A stretch of 64,000 bases of DNA from Candidatus Eiseniibacteriota bacterium (GCA_044223005.1 JBGAML010000008.1:1171-65170), one strand, 5' to 3'; positions 17,627 to 27,459 are shown, counted from the stretch's first letter. Notes: generated from the letters alone by a model not told the origin. Numbers and translations: made by a program.

Positions 17627-19347
17627 AGGCGGTGGTCCTTTCGCAACTGCTCGAGCCGGCGCCGCACCTCGGCGGCGTTCCACGCGCGCGGATAGCGCGC
17701 GAGACATTCCTCGAACTGCGCGATCGCGCCGCGTGAGTCGCCGAGCGCCTGGTAGGCCTCGCCCGCGCGCTGGCGCGCGAGCGGCGCGAGCCGGTCGCCG
17801 GGCAGCGAGTCCGCGACCGCCGCGAGCGGCAGCAGCGCTTCGCGCCATGCGCCCGCTTCGGCGCGCACGCCGTACGCCTGCATCGCGGCCTGCGCGTAGC
17901 TGGGCGACGTCCGCGGCAGCACGGTCCAGAGCGAGTCGGCGAGCACGCGTGCGCGCGGGGCGTCGCCGCGCCAGCGGGCGTAGGCGATCGCCCCGAGCGC
18001 GCCGAGTGTCGCGTGGTCCGGCTCCTCCTCGATCAGGTAGGCGCGCTCCAGCGCCGAGAGCGCGTCGGGGGACGAGCCGTCCTCCGAGAGACGCTGGTCG
18101 ACCGCGTGTGCGGAGTCCACGAGCCCGGCGAAGAAGAGCGCTTCGGCCTGCATCCAGCGCGCTCCGGGCCACGCCCGGGCGAGCGAGTCGAGGCCGGGCA
18201 GCGCGCGCGCGGGCGGTCCCTCGCGCAGGACGGTGAGCAGCCGTTCGAGCTCGAGTTCGGGCGCGCCGCGGAGCACCGCGCTTCCCTTCGCGAGCAGCGC
18301 CTCGGCCTGGGGCCCGCGGCCGGAGCCGCGCAGCTCGCGCGCCACTTCGAGCAGCAGCGGCGAGCCCCACTGGTCGGCGGGCACATCGGCGAGCGTGCGC
18401 GCGACGTCGCTCGCGAGCGCGCCGCGCGCGCCGGCGGGCGCGAGGTCGAGCGCGCGCTGCGCGAGCCCGGCCCGCACCGCGCCGGGCGCCGACGTCTCGC
18501 CGGCCGCGCTCGCGAGCGCGCGCCACGCGGCCGCGGAGTCGGCGGGGTTCTCGCCGCGCAGCGCGTCGTCGGCGAAGGTCACGCGCAGCGTGATCGACCG
18601 GCGTGCCGCATCGGCCGCGGCGAGCGCCCGGATCGCGTCGTCGATCCGGCCCTGGCGCGCGAGCAGCAGTGCGTGGCCGCGCACGAGGTCGCTGCGCCAC
18701 GGGCGCACGGTCGCGGCGGCGCGCACGGCCTCCGTGACGCCGCGCGCGTCGGCCGGGGCGAGCCGCAGGATCTCCTCGCGGGCCCATTCGCCGTCGGCGG
18801 GCGAGCAGATCCACGTCTCGAGCGCGACGGCCGCCGCCTCGCGTGGCCGGCCCTGGTGCTCGAGCGCGCCCGCCAGCTCGCGCGATCCCGCGAGCGAATC
18901 GTGCGCGAACGTACGGTACGCCCGCAGGCGCGTGACCGCGTCCGCCTCGCGCCCCAGCGCGACTTCCGTCCGGGCGAACTCCAGTTGCACGCTGCCGTGA
19001 TGCGGGACCTCGCGGTCGAGCACGAGCAGCGTGTCGCGGGCGCGTGCGGCGAGACCGCCCTGGCGCATCGCGGTCGCCATGCGGAGCCGGAACGTCTGCT
19101 GCGGGGTGAGCGGTGGCGAGAGGCGCTGGAAGCGCGTGATCTCGCCGCCCTCGGCGGCGGAGAGCAGCAGCGGCAGGTCGCGCTCGCGCACGCGCGTGCC
19201 CGGGAGGAACGGTCCGCCCGTGGGCGTGCCGCCGCGCGGCGGCGGGGGCGGAGCCTGCGGTTTCTGCGGCTGCTGTGCGTGCGCGGACGGCGTGGCGGCG
19301 AGCACGAGCAGCATCGCCGCGGCCGCCGCGAGGCGGCGGGCGGTCAC
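17623..19347 (-). CDS. Secreted TPR / helical-repeat protein
   Basis: This is the C-terminal 574 aa of listed ORF 17623..22476. The GTG at 19347 overlaps the DUF4175-like stop (GTGA). The signal peptide is RRLAAAAAMLLVLAATPSAHAQQ, followed by Ala/Leu/Arg-rich helical repeats ending ...YQALGDSRGAIAQFEECLARYPRAWNAAEVRRRLEQL. Confidence 0.6.
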   Translation of the reverse strand: MTARRLAAAAAMLLVLAATPSAHAQQPQKPQAPPPPPRGGTPTGGPFLPGTRVRERDLPLLLSAAEGGEITRFQRLSPPLTPQQTFRLRMATAMRQGGLAARARDTLLVLDREVPHHGSVQLEFARTEVALGREADAVTRLRAYRTFAHDSLAGSRELAGALEHQGRPREAAAVALETWICSPADGEWAREEILRLAPADARGVTEAVRAAATVRPWRSDLVRGHALLLARQGRIDDAIRALAAADAARRSITLRVTFADDALRGENPADSAAAWRALASAAGETSAPGAVRAGLAQRALDLAPAGARGALASDVARTLADVPADQWGSPLLLEVARELRGSGRGPQAEALLAKGSAVLRGAPELELERLLTVLREGPPARALPGLDSLARAWPGARWMQAEALFFAGLVDSAHAVDQRLSEDGSSPDALSALERAYLIEEEPDHATLGALGAIAYARWRGDAPRARVLADSLWTVLPRTSPSYAQAAMQAYGVRAEAGAWREALLPLAAVADSLPGDRLAPLARQRAGEAYQALGDSRGAIAQFEECLARYPRAWNAAEVRRRLEQLRKDHRL

Positions 19348-22300
19348 TGCGGGCTCCCGTTCAGGCGCTGCAGGTAGCGCTCGATCAGCGCGCGGTACTG
19401 CGCAGGGTAGCGGTCGGCGTCGGCCTTCATCAGGTCCAGCCGGAGCCGGTCGCTCTCGCGCAGCATCGCGGCGGGCAGCGGCGCAGGCGAGACGCGCGCG
19501 ACGTCCTCGCCCGGGCGCGACTCGCGCTGCGGATCGAAGTCGCGGCGGTTGATCGACCGCTGCGCGTCGAGCAGCCGCGACAGGATCCGGTTCTGCCGCT
19601 CCTCGAGATCGCTGCTGGGCGGCAGTCCCTGGCGCAGTTCCTCCTCGACGTCCTGCATGTCGTGCTGCGCCTGGTCCAGGCGCCCGAGCAGCTGGTGCTT
19701 GGCCTGGTCCTCGCGCTGGATGTCCTCGAGCTCCGAGCGCAGCCGCGCCTGTTCCTCGGCGAGCCGGCGCATCTCGCCCTGGTCGCCCTCCGAGAGCCGC
19801 ATCGCCTGCGAGAGTCGCCGGGCCAGTTCGCTCGAACGTTCGTTGAGCTGTCCCTGCTGCTGGCCGAGCTGGCCCAGCCGCTCGCCCGGGGTCGGACGCG
19901 AGCCCGGTCCGGGGCCGGGCTGCTGGCCACCCTTCTGGCACATGCTCGATTCGGCGTCGCGCAGCGCGGCGACGGCTTCGCGCAGCGCCGCGGTCGCACC
20001 GTCGCCCATCTGCTGGCCGCGCGCGCGATTGCCCTGCGAGAGTTCGCGCCCGGACTGCTGCAGGTTCTGCATCGCCTTCCCGAGCGACTGCTGCACCTGC
20101 GGCGAAAGCAGCGGTGTCTCCTGTGCCAGCGACGCCAGCGAGTCGGCCACGCGGGCGACGCCCTCGGAGAGGTCGGTCTGGCGCCCGGCCTGCTCCTCGC
20201 TGGACTGCGACGAGCTGCCGCTCGACGACATGTTGCGCGTCGCCTCCTGCCCGAGCGACACGAGGTCCTGCGCCGAGCGCCGCACCGCGGCGAGCTGGCG
20301 CGCCTGGCGCATCTGCTGCTCCATCGAACTGCTGCGCGCCATGCGTTCGCCGGCGCGCGAAAGACTCTCGCTCGCCTGCTCGCCCGACTTCTGCGCCTTG
20401 CCGCTCTGCCCGGACTGGCTCTGCTCCGCCGCCTGCTGCTGGTCGGACGCCGCCTGCTGCTCGAGTTCCTGCGCCGCGGACTCGAGGTCCTGCTTGGAAT
20501 CCGGGCTCGCCGTCTGCGCCGCGGCGTCGCGCGCGTCCTTCGCGAGCTGCTGGCTCTCCTGCGCCGCCTCGCGTTGCTGCTGCGCCGCGTCTTCGCGCTG
20601 CTGCTGCGGCGACTGGCCGTCGCGCGGCGGCGCGTCGGGGCGCGCGAGCGCCTGGTGTTCGCGGTTGAGCGCGTCCTGGCGTGCCTTGAGCTCCTCGGCA
20701 CGGCGGGCGAGGGCGTCGATCCGCTCCTCGTCGCGGAGCTGGCGCAGCAGCGCGAGGTTGCGCTCGAGGTTCTGGAGCATCTCGCGATTGGCGTCGCGCA
20801 GCTTCGGCAGTTCGCGTTCGGTGGCCGTGCGATCCATCTTCTCGAGCGCCTGGCGCATGCGCTCCATCGCCTGCTTGAACTCGGGCGACTGGATCTGCTG
20901 CATGAGCTCGGACATCTCGTGCATCTTCTGCTGCAGCTGGTCGCGGAACGCCTGGCGCTCGGCGGCGTCGGAGGCCGCCTGGTGCGTCTCGGCCGCCGCC
21001 TTCTCGAGCTGCTCGGCGAGCGCCTGCTGGCGTTCGAGCGCCTTGCGCATCTCCTCGGTGCGCTCGTACTGCGGCGGCGACTGCACGCCGGCGCGCGGCT
21101 GCTGGCGCTGCAGCTGGTCGAGCGTCTTCTGCAGCTCGCGCGCCTGGTCGGCGACCTGGCGCAGCGTCTGGGCGGCGCGGTCCTGCCGCTGGTCGATGCC
21201 GCGATAGAGGTCGGCCATCGACGGGAAGCGCAGGCGGAACTCGGAGCTCGTCGCCACGCCCGGCCCGCCGACGCGGTCGTTGTCGCGCACCACGAAGCGG
21301 AACGTACCCGTCTCCCCGGGCAGCAGGCCGAGCACGCCCGCGTCCCAGCCCGCGGCCACGTGCGCCTCGCGCGGCTGGCCCGAGAACGCGGCGATCGGCA
21401 CGTCGGTCCACGGCCGCGTCGCCTCCTTGCGCCACTGCAGCCGCAGGTCCGAGAGCCCGAGGTCGTCCTGCACCAGCACGTCGTAGGGCACTTGCGAGCC
21501 GCTCGGCAGGTCCTGGTCGCCGCCGGGGCGTGCGACGGTGATCACGGGCGGCGCGTCGGCGAGCGCGCTCACACGCCAGCGCCACGTGCCGCCGCCGGTC
21601 GAGCTCTCGGCGCGCAGCGTCCACTCGCCGTCCGCGTCGACGGGCACGTGTCCGCGCCAGCGGCGCGGCGTGATCGCGGACCATGCGCGCGCGGCGCCGC
21701 CCCGCACGGTGGCGGAGAGCGCTTCGAGGTCGCGATCGAACGTGACCTCGACGTCGGCGACCGAGCCGCGCAGCGCGGCGAGGTCGCCGCTCGTCGACGT
21801 GCCGGACTGGACGGGCAGGCGAGCGTAGGCCGGCGCCCGGTAGTCGAACGAGAAGCTGACCGGCTGCGGCTGCCCGGCGAGGTCGATCCGGTATTCCGGG
21901 CTGCTGGTGCGCACCACGCGCACGGCGTAGCGGCGCGCGCGCGTGACGGGCGGCAGGTCGAACCGCCAGCGGTGCACGCCGTGCTCCACCGCCTCGAGCT
22001 GCGCGACCGGCCGCGCGCCGTCGCCGAGCAGCTTCGGCGCCGCGTCCGTGCCACCGACGCGCGCGCGGATCGACAGCGTCGCGCCCGGGGCGACCTGCAC
22101 CGAGCCCGGCTCGACGGCGAGTGAAACGGGCGGCGCGGCGAGCGTCGGGTCCCAGAGCGTGCGCCACGAGCGCAGCGTGGCGTGCGGTGCGATCGCGGCG
22201 GCGAGCGCGATCGCGGCGGTGGCGCCGAGCGCCAGCAGCAGCGGGCCGCGAGGCCGCACCGCCGGCCGCGCGGTCGCGAGCGGCGTCGCGCCGAGACGGT

Positions 22301-22694
22301 TCGCGGCCTCGTCGCGCAGCGCACCCGCGAGCGCCGCGGAGGTGCGCGTGTCCGGGGCGGATTCGAGGTCGAGGGCGTTGCGCAGCCACGAGCGCAGTGC
22401 CGGGAAGCGGTCCTCGAGACTTTCCATCCACGCGTCGAATCGCGGCAGCGTGGCGAGCGTGCGCTCGGCGGTCCACCCCAGCACCGCGAGCGCCGCCAGC
22501 ACGAACAGCGCGAGGCGCGCGCTGGCCGCGCCGACGCCCGCGCGCACCGCGAGACCGGCGATCACCGCGCCGGAGAGCAGCACGGCGACGCCGGCGAACG
22601 CGCGCAGCGCGTGGCGCAGCATGACCGCGCGCCGCACCACCGCGTGTTCGCGGTGGAGGCGTGCCCGCAGCGGAGCGGTGGCGCGTTCGGTCAT
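19344..22694 (-). CDS. Large membrane protein, DUF4175-like, with a long Gln/Glu/Arg-rich coiled-coil region
   Basis: 1116 aa with an ATG start. It has N-terminal TM helices and a beta-rich middle (...LRLQWRKEATRPWTDVPIAAF...FRFVVRDNDRVGG...). About 540 aa are rich in Q/E/R/A. The C-terminus is ...ADRYPAQYRALIERYLQRL. The family assignment is from memory of the domain layout. Confidence 0.7.
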   Translation of the reverse strand: MTERATAPLRARLHREHAVVRRAVMLRHALRAFAGVAVLLSGAVIAGLAVRAGVGAASARLALFVLAALAVLGWTAERTLATLPRFDAWMESLEDRFPALRSWLRNALDLESAPDTRTSAALAGALRDEAANRLGATPLATARPAVRPRGPLLLALGATAAIALAAAIAPHATLRSWRTLWDPTLAAPPVSLAVEPGSVQVAPGATLSIRARVGGTDAAPKLLGDGARPVAQLEAVEHGVHRWRFDLPPVTRARRYAVRVVRTSSPEYRIDLAGQPQPVSFSFDYRAPAYARLPVQSGTSTSGDLAALRGSVADVEVTFDRDLEALSATVRGGAARAWSAITPRRWRGHVPVDADGEWTLRAESSTGGGTWRWRVSALADAPPVITVARPGGDQDLPSGSQVPYDVLVQDDLGLSDLRLQWRKEATRPWTDVPIAAFSGQPREAHVAAGWDAGVLGLLPGETGTFRFVVRDNDRVGGPGVATSSEFRLRFPSMADLYRGIDQRQDRAAQTLRQVADQARELQKTLDQLQRQQPRAGVQSPPQYERTEEMRKALERQQALAEQLEKAAAETHQAASDAAERQAFRDQLQQKMHEMSELMQQIQSPEFKQAMERMRQALEKMDRTATERELPKLRDANREMLQNLERNLALLRQLRDEERIDALARRAEELKARQDALNREHQALARPDAPPRDGQSPQQQREDAAQQQREAAQESQQLAKDARDAAAQTASPDSKQDLESAAQELEQQAASDQQQAAEQSQSGQSGKAQKSGEQASESLSRAGERMARSSSMEQQMRQARQLAAVRRSAQDLVSLGQEATRNMSSSGSSSQSSEEQAGRQTDLSEGVARVADSLASLAQETPLLSPQVQQSLGKAMQNLQQSGRELSQGNRARGQQMGDGATAALREAVAALRDAESSMCQKGGQQPGPGPGSRPTPGERLGQLGQQQGQLNERSSELARRLSQAMRLSEGDQGEMRRLAEEQARLRSELEDIQREDQAKHQLLGRLDQAQHDMQDVEEELRQGLPPSSDLEERQNRILSRLLDAQRSINRRDFDPQRESRPGEDVARVSPAPLPAAMLRESDRLRLDLMKADADRYPAQYRALIERYLQRLNGSPQ

Positions 22695-22716
22695 GAGGCC
22701 CTTGCCGGTCGGGAGG

Positions 22717-23400
22717 TCAGTGGGTGAGCGCGTACTGCACGATGTTGATGGCCATGCGCGTCGCGAGTTCGCGCTTCTCGGGCGGGTCGTGGTGCACGTC
22801 CTCGTCCTCGAGCCCGTCGCCGAGGTCGCAGTCGAAGCTGAACAGCACGCAGAGCCGCCCGCCGCGGACGATGCCGAACGCGCGTGCGGGCCCGCCGTCG
22901 TGCTCGTGAACCTTCGGCAGTCCGGACGCGAAGTCGTACGCCTGGTGGAACACCGGATGATCGAACGGCAGCTCCACGAGTTCCGCGTCGGGGAACGTGC
23001 GCGCCATCTCGCGGCGGAACGACGGCGCGATCCCGAAGTCGTCGTCGACCCAGAGGAAGCCGCCGGCGTCCAGCCAGCGCCGGACGTTGGCGGCCTCGGC
23101 GTCGCTGAACTTGAGGTTGCCGTGGCCCGCGGCGAACACGAACGGGTACTGGAAGAGCGCGGCCGAACCGGGCTCGACGACGGCCGCGTCGTCGCCGGCG
23201 ACGGCGATCGACGTGCGGGCCCGGAGCGCGCTCATGAGGTTGCGCAGCGACGTCTGGTCGCCGTACCAGTCGCCGCCCCCACCGTATTTCAGGCGCGCGA
23301 TGCCGAACGCGCGCGCGCCGGGCGGCGTGGGTGAACCCGCGGCCGGTGCGGCGACGGCGAAGGCGAGGACGAGCGCGAGGATGGAGGCGCCGCGGAGCAT
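22717..23400 (-). CDS. DUF4159-like secreted protein
   Basis: Trimmed from listed ORF 22717..23511 to ATG 23400 (MLRGASILALVLAFAVAAPAAG...). Conserved-looking segments include RLKYGGGGDWYGDQTSLRNLM..., FQYPFVFAAGHGNLKFSDAEAANVRRWLDAGGFLWVDD and ...NIVQYALTH. Confidence 0.75.
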   Translation of the reverse strand: MLRGASILALVLAFAVAAPAAGSPTPPGARAFGIARLKYGGGGDWYGDQTSLRNLMSALRARTSIAVAGDDAAVVEPGSAALFQYPFVFAAGHGNLKFSDAEAANVRRWLDAGGFLWVDDDFGIAPSFRREMARTFPDAELVELPFDHPVFHQAYDFASGLPKVHEHDGGPARAFGIVRGGRLCVLFSFDCDLGDGLEDEDVHHDPPEKRELATRMAINIVQYALTH

Positions 23401-23416
23401 GCCCCGATGATAGCAA

Positions 23417-23445
23417 GAGGGGAGGGCCGGGTGGGCCCTCCCCTC
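23417..23445 (-). terminator. Hairpin downstream of the lipoprotein gene and 17 nt upstream of the DUF4159-like start
   Basis: Perfect 12-bp stem GAGGGGAGGGCC / GGCCCTCCCCTC with a 5-nt loop. On the minus-strand RNA it is followed by UUGCUAUCAUC. Confidence 0.45.
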
Positions 23446-23515
23446 GCACGATCGTGGCTTCCGGGCCGCCGAAAGTCGGGCAACGGGGCCCGGACGTTCG
23501 GACGGGGTCAAGACA

Positions 23516-24490
23516 TCATTTCGCCGGTGTCACCGCTTGCGCACCGAGCGGGTAGTACCGGTAGGTCCCGTCGAGCTGCTGGCGTCCGGACGAGCCCGAC
23601 ATCCAGCCGATCACCGAGCCCTCGGAGTTCACCGCTGTGATGCGGACGAGATACTCCTGTCCACGGATCGGCGCCCGCAGCGTGACCACGTCCGCGCCCG
23701 GATCGCCGAGCTTGTACGACGTCGCGCCGCCGGGGACGTAGCCGACGAAGTAGTGCGTCACGTGGCCGTCCCACACCGGCGACGGCGTGCCGCTCGCGAT
23801 CTTCTCGTCGACGGTCGCCGTGTTCTTGAACTGGTACACGTCGATCCAGTAGCCCGCCGCGCCGGAGACCGGCGTCCACTGCATCGGGAACAGCGAGTCC
23901 GCGGGAGCCGTGGGCGCGAGGAAGCGGATCGACTGCTTCGGCATTTCCGTGAGGCTCTGCGCGCGGTTCGAGAGCGGCGAGCTCGCCGTCACGGTGCCGC
24001 CGAGCAGGCCGCGGGCCTGGTAGGTCGGCGGCGAGTACGACGACGGGTGCCGGTCGATCAGCGAGTACAGCTCCCAGCCGTTCGACAGCCACTTCTCCAG
24101 CGGCGAGATCGTGTAGTCCGTCACCGCTTCGTAGCCGCCGTTCGAGGCCGTGCGGTAGAGCTGGAACCCGTTCGCGTTCGTCCGGTCGAGCAGCATCGTG
24201 TACAGGGTGCCGGGGCCGGTGCGGTAGTTGAGCGGGCGGGCGAAGATCGTGTCGGGTTCGTTGTCCGGGTCCGTCGACGGGCCGACGCCACCGAGGTCCA
24301 TCCAGACGACCAGGGTGTCCGGAGCTTCCTGCCAAACCACCAGCCGAGCGTCGGAGTTGGGCGTGCCCTCGAGCGTCCGGAACTTGGCGTCGACGCTCGT
24401 GGACTTGGTCGCGCAGCCCGCCATCAGGGCCAGCGCGCCCGCCGCGAGCATCGCGAACGCGATGCGGCGCGGCGTCGGGAAGAATTTCAT
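23516..24490 (-). CDS. Lipoprotein of unknown function with an FN3-like module
   Basis: 324 aa. The lipobox is ALALMAGC at the N-terminus. The FN3-like segment is MQWTPVSGAAGYWIDVYQF. The gene begins 16 nt after the secF stop. Confidence 0.7.
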   Translation of the reverse strand: MKFFPTPRRIAFAMLAAGALALMAGCATKSTSVDAKFRTLEGTPNSDARLVVWQEAPDTLVVWMDLGGVGPSTDPDNEPDTIFARPLNYRTGPGTLYTMLLDRTNANGFQLYRTASNGGYEAVTDYTISPLEKWLSNGWELYSLIDRHPSSYSPPTYQARGLLGGTVTASSPLSNRAQSLTEMPKQSIRFLAPTAPADSLFPMQWTPVSGAAGYWIDVYQFKNTATVDEKIASGTPSPVWDGHVTHYFVGYVPGGATSYKLGDPGADVVTLRAPIRGQEYLVRITAVNSEGSVIGWMSGSSGRQQLDGTYRYYPLGAQAVTPAK

Positions 24491-24506
24491 GATCGACCTT
24501 TCGTCT

Positions 24507-25421
24507 TTATTCCGCCTGGATGCCCTTGCGGCGGTCCAGCGAGATCCAGATGTCGAGCGCCAGCGCGCTGGCGACGTACACGGACGAGTAGGTGCCGAAC
24601 ACGGTGCCGACCAGCATCGCGAACGAGAAGTCGCGGAGGACCTCGCCGCCCCAGATGAAGAGGGCGAGCGCCGTCAGGAAGACCGTGAAGGCCGTGATGA
24701 CGGTTCGCGACAGCGTCTCGTTCACCGCGATGTCCATCACGCGCGAATGCGTCTCCTTGCGGAGCGCCTTCGAGCGTTCACGGATGCGGTCGAACACGAC
24801 GATGGTGTCGTTGATCGAGTAGCCGGCGATGGTGAGCAGGGCGGCGATGACCGTCAGGGAGACCTCTCGCCCGGTGAACATGAGGCATCCCAGGGTCACG
24901 AACACGTCGTGCAGGAGCGCGACGACGCCGCCGAAGGCGAACTTAAACTCATACCGCCACCCGACGTAAACGAGAATCACGCCGAGGCTGGTGAGGATGG
25001 CCATGAGCGCCTTGTGCCGCAGGTCGCCGCCGACCTTGGCGCCGACGGTTTCGATCCGGCGCAACTCCGCCGTGGAGCCCGCTTTACGCGAGGCCACCGA
25101 CGACTGGATCGTGGCGAACGGCTCGTGGGTCTCGGCCGGGACGCGGACCAGGTACTCGTCCTTGTTGTCGCCGGTCATCTGCTGGATCTCGGCGCCGTGC
25201 AGGCCACCGGCGTCCAGCGCCGCTCGGAAATCCTCGGCGGGCATGGAGGGAACGGTGCGGACCTGCAGGAGCGTGCCGCCCTTGAAGTCGATGCTCTCGC
25301 GCGGACCGCCGTGCATGACCAGCCACGCGACGGTCGCGAGGACGAACAAGGTCGAGAAGACGTACGCCACCCGTCGGTACTTCATGAACGGGATGTTGGT
25401 GTCGTGGAGGATCTGGAGCAT
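24507..25421 (-). CDS. secF: Protein translocase subunit SecF
   Basis: 304 aa, SecF-like throughout: FMKYRRVAYVFS..., SIDFKGGT..., INDTIVVFDRIRE. Confidence 0.92.
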   Translation of the reverse strand: MLQILHDTNIPFMKYRRVAYVFSTLFVLATVAWLVMHGGPRESIDFKGGTLLQVRTVPSMPAEDFRAALDAGGLHGAEIQQMTGDNKDEYLVRVPAETHEPFATIQSSVASRKAGSTAELRRIETVGAKVGGDLRHKALMAILTSLGVILVYVGWRYEFKFAFGGVVALLHDVFVTLGCLMFTGREVSLTVIAALLTIAGYSINDTIVVFDRIRERSKALRKETHSRVMDIAVNETLSRTVITAFTVFLTALALFIWGGEVLRDFSFAMLVGTVFGTYSSVYVASALALDIWISLDRRKGIQAE

Positions 25422-25437
25422 GGTGGCCTCTCGTCCG

Positions 25438-26991
25438 TCAGATGCTCAGCCGCTCGACCTTGCCGCGGCTCAGCCAGAAGTCGTAGATCATGCGCGTGAA
25501 GAGCACCGCGGTGAACAGGTTGGCCACCAGACCCGTGATGAGCGTCACGGCGAATCCCTTGATGGGGCCCGTGCCGAACTGGAAGAGGAACAGGCCGCTG
25601 ATGATCGCGGTCGAGTGCGCGTCGAAGACCGTGCGGAAGGCGCGGTCGTAGCCCAGTTCGACGGCCTGCCGTATCGCGCGCCCGGCGCGCAGTTCCTCGC
25701 GGATGCGCTCGAAGATCAGCACGTTCGTGTCCACCGCCATGCCGACGGTGAGGACGAGGCCGGCGATGCCGGGCAGCGTCAGCGTGGCGCCGAAGCCGGC
25801 GAGGCACGCGACGACGTAGAACGTGTTGAGCAGCATCGCGATCACGGCGACGACGCCCGACAGCTGGTAGTAGATGACCATGAACGCCACCACCATCGCC
25901 GTGCCGACGAGGCCGGCCATGACGCCCGAGTGGATCGAGTCCGCGCCCAGCGACGGGCCGACGGTGCGCTCCTCGAGGATGCTGACCGGAGCGGGCAGCG
26001 CGCCGGCACGCAGCACGATCGCGAGATCCTTGGCGGTGTTGATGTTGAAGTTGCCACCGGTGATCGAGGCGTCGCCCGAGGGGATCTTGTCGCGGATCGA
26101 GGGCGCCGACTGCACGACGCCGTCGAGCACGATCGCGAGCTGGCGGCCGATGTTGGCGGCGGTGACGCGCGCGAAGTCCGAACGGCCGCGCGGCGTCATC
26201 TTCATGCTGACGCCCCACGCGCCGGGGTTCGTCGCTTCGAGGCCGACCTGCGCCTCGGCGCTGGCGACCGAGCCGCCGGTCATCTCGGGCTCGCGCTTGA
26301 GCACGTAGAGGACGCGGCCGGTGATGCCCTGGCGCGGCGTGTCGGCGTCGCCCCACATGAGCTGCGTGTCGGCCGGCAGGATCGTGTCGACCGGGGCGCT
26401 CGCGAGCAGCTTCTCGACGGTGGCGACCTCTTCCTTGCGGAAGAAGCCCTCGTCGAGCATGCGGCCGGTGAGCGGATGCTTGCGGATCAGCGAGTCCGTG
26501 CTCGTTTCACCGTGCGCCGACAGGTAGCTGTCGAGCCGCTCGAACGCCGATCGCGACTCTTCGGGCGTGCGCACGAGCTTGAACTCGAGCAGTGCCGTCT
26601 GGCCGATCAGTTCGATCGCACGGGCGCGGTCCGTGAGTCCGGGCAGCTGCACCGCGATGCGGTCCTCGCCCTCGCGCTGGATCAGCGGCTCGGCGACGCC
26701 GAACTGGTCGATACGGTTGCGGATGATCTCCATCGCACGATCCGTCGCGTCCTTGGCTTCGGCGGCGCTGAGACGGGACTTGTCGACTTCGAGCAGCAGC
26801 TGCAGGCCGCCCTGGAGGTCGAGTCCGAGGTGGATGGCGCCCTTGCGGAGCTTCGCCAGGGCCTCGGGATTCATCGCATCCCGCTGAGCGGGCGTCTTCG
26901 AGTAGAACTGGTAGGAGGGCAGGAGGTACCAGGCGGCGGCAAGCGTCACCAGTACCACCAGCACCAGCTTCCACTGGTCCGAGCGAAACAT
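25438..26991 (-). CDS. secD: Protein translocase subunit SecD
   Basis: 517 aa, SecD-like: LGLDLQGG..., AIVLDGVVQSAPSIRDKI..., AGLPAP..., MAVDTNVLIFERIREEL. Confidence 0.92.
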   Translation of the reverse strand: MFRSDQWKLVLVVLVTLAAAWYLLPSYQFYSKTPAQRDAMNPEALAKLRKGAIHLGLDLQGGLQLLLEVDKSRLSAAEAKDATDRAMEIIRNRIDQFGVAEPLIQREGEDRIAVQLPGLTDRARAIELIGQTALLEFKLVRTPEESRSAFERLDSYLSAHGETSTDSLIRKHPLTGRMLDEGFFRKEEVATVEKLLASAPVDTILPADTQLMWGDADTPRQGITGRVLYVLKREPEMTGGSVASAEAQVGLEATNPGAWGVSMKMTPRGRSDFARVTAANIGRQLAIVLDGVVQSAPSIRDKIPSGDASITGGNFNINTAKDLAIVLRAGALPAPVSILEERTVGPSLGADSIHSGVMAGLVGTAMVVAFMVIYYQLSGVVAVIAMLLNTFYVVACLAGFGATLTLPGIAGLVLTVGMAVDTNVLIFERIREELRAGRAIRQAVELGYDRAFRTVFDAHSTAIISGLFLFQFGTGPIKGFAVTLITGLVANLFTAVLFTRMIYDFWLSRGKVERLSI

Positions 26992-27430
26992 GGGGTCCCC
27001 CGTAAACGGTCGACCGCCGGGAAGGCATACGTCCCTCCCGGCGTGCGCAGGACAGAATGAGTGGGCGAGTCTACGCGGCCGGTCGCGGAAGTGTCAACGC
27101 GCGGTGCCGTACGGGATTTCGCTCGTTCTCGCAGCGCTTTGGCGGCGCCGGGAGGACGGCGCTCCGACCGGGACGGGGACGGGTTGGCGGCCCGTCCCGA
27201 ATGGGCGAACGAATGCTGCCGGAGGGTCGGGGTGAGGGAGGAATGCTGCGGCTCTTGAGGTGGGATCCCGGTCGGAGAGCCCCGCGAGAGTCTCCGCAAC
27301 CGCGGTGCCAGCGCGGGCGGTGTTGGCGGAACGGAGGTTGCGCCCAGGTCTCCGGGCCGCGCCCGACGTGCCGCCGACGCCGCCGACGCGCTCCGGTCGC
27401 CGTCCGGGCAACGTCGCGTCGATGCGCGTG

Positions 27431-27459
27431 TTGACCAGAGTGGGACCGCTCCCTATAGT
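27431..27459 (+). promoter_or_regulatory. Sigma70-like promoter for the OM-barrel / guaB unit
   Basis: TTGACC (27431-27436), an exact 17-nt spacer, then TATAGT (27454-27459). It lies about 60 nt upstream of the ATG at 27518 and is an AT-richer spot in GC-rich DNA. Confidence 0.5.

Noticed and set aside
17623-22476. 1617-aa minus-strand ORF that would span the TPR gene and most of the DUF4175-like gene
   Set aside because: Only its last 574 codons read like protein (signal peptide plus helical repeats). The upstream 1000+ codons are Arg/Ala/Pro junk in a frame overlapping the well-supported DUF4175-like gene (19344..22694). A GTG start at 19347, overlapping that gene's stop, explains the real CDS.
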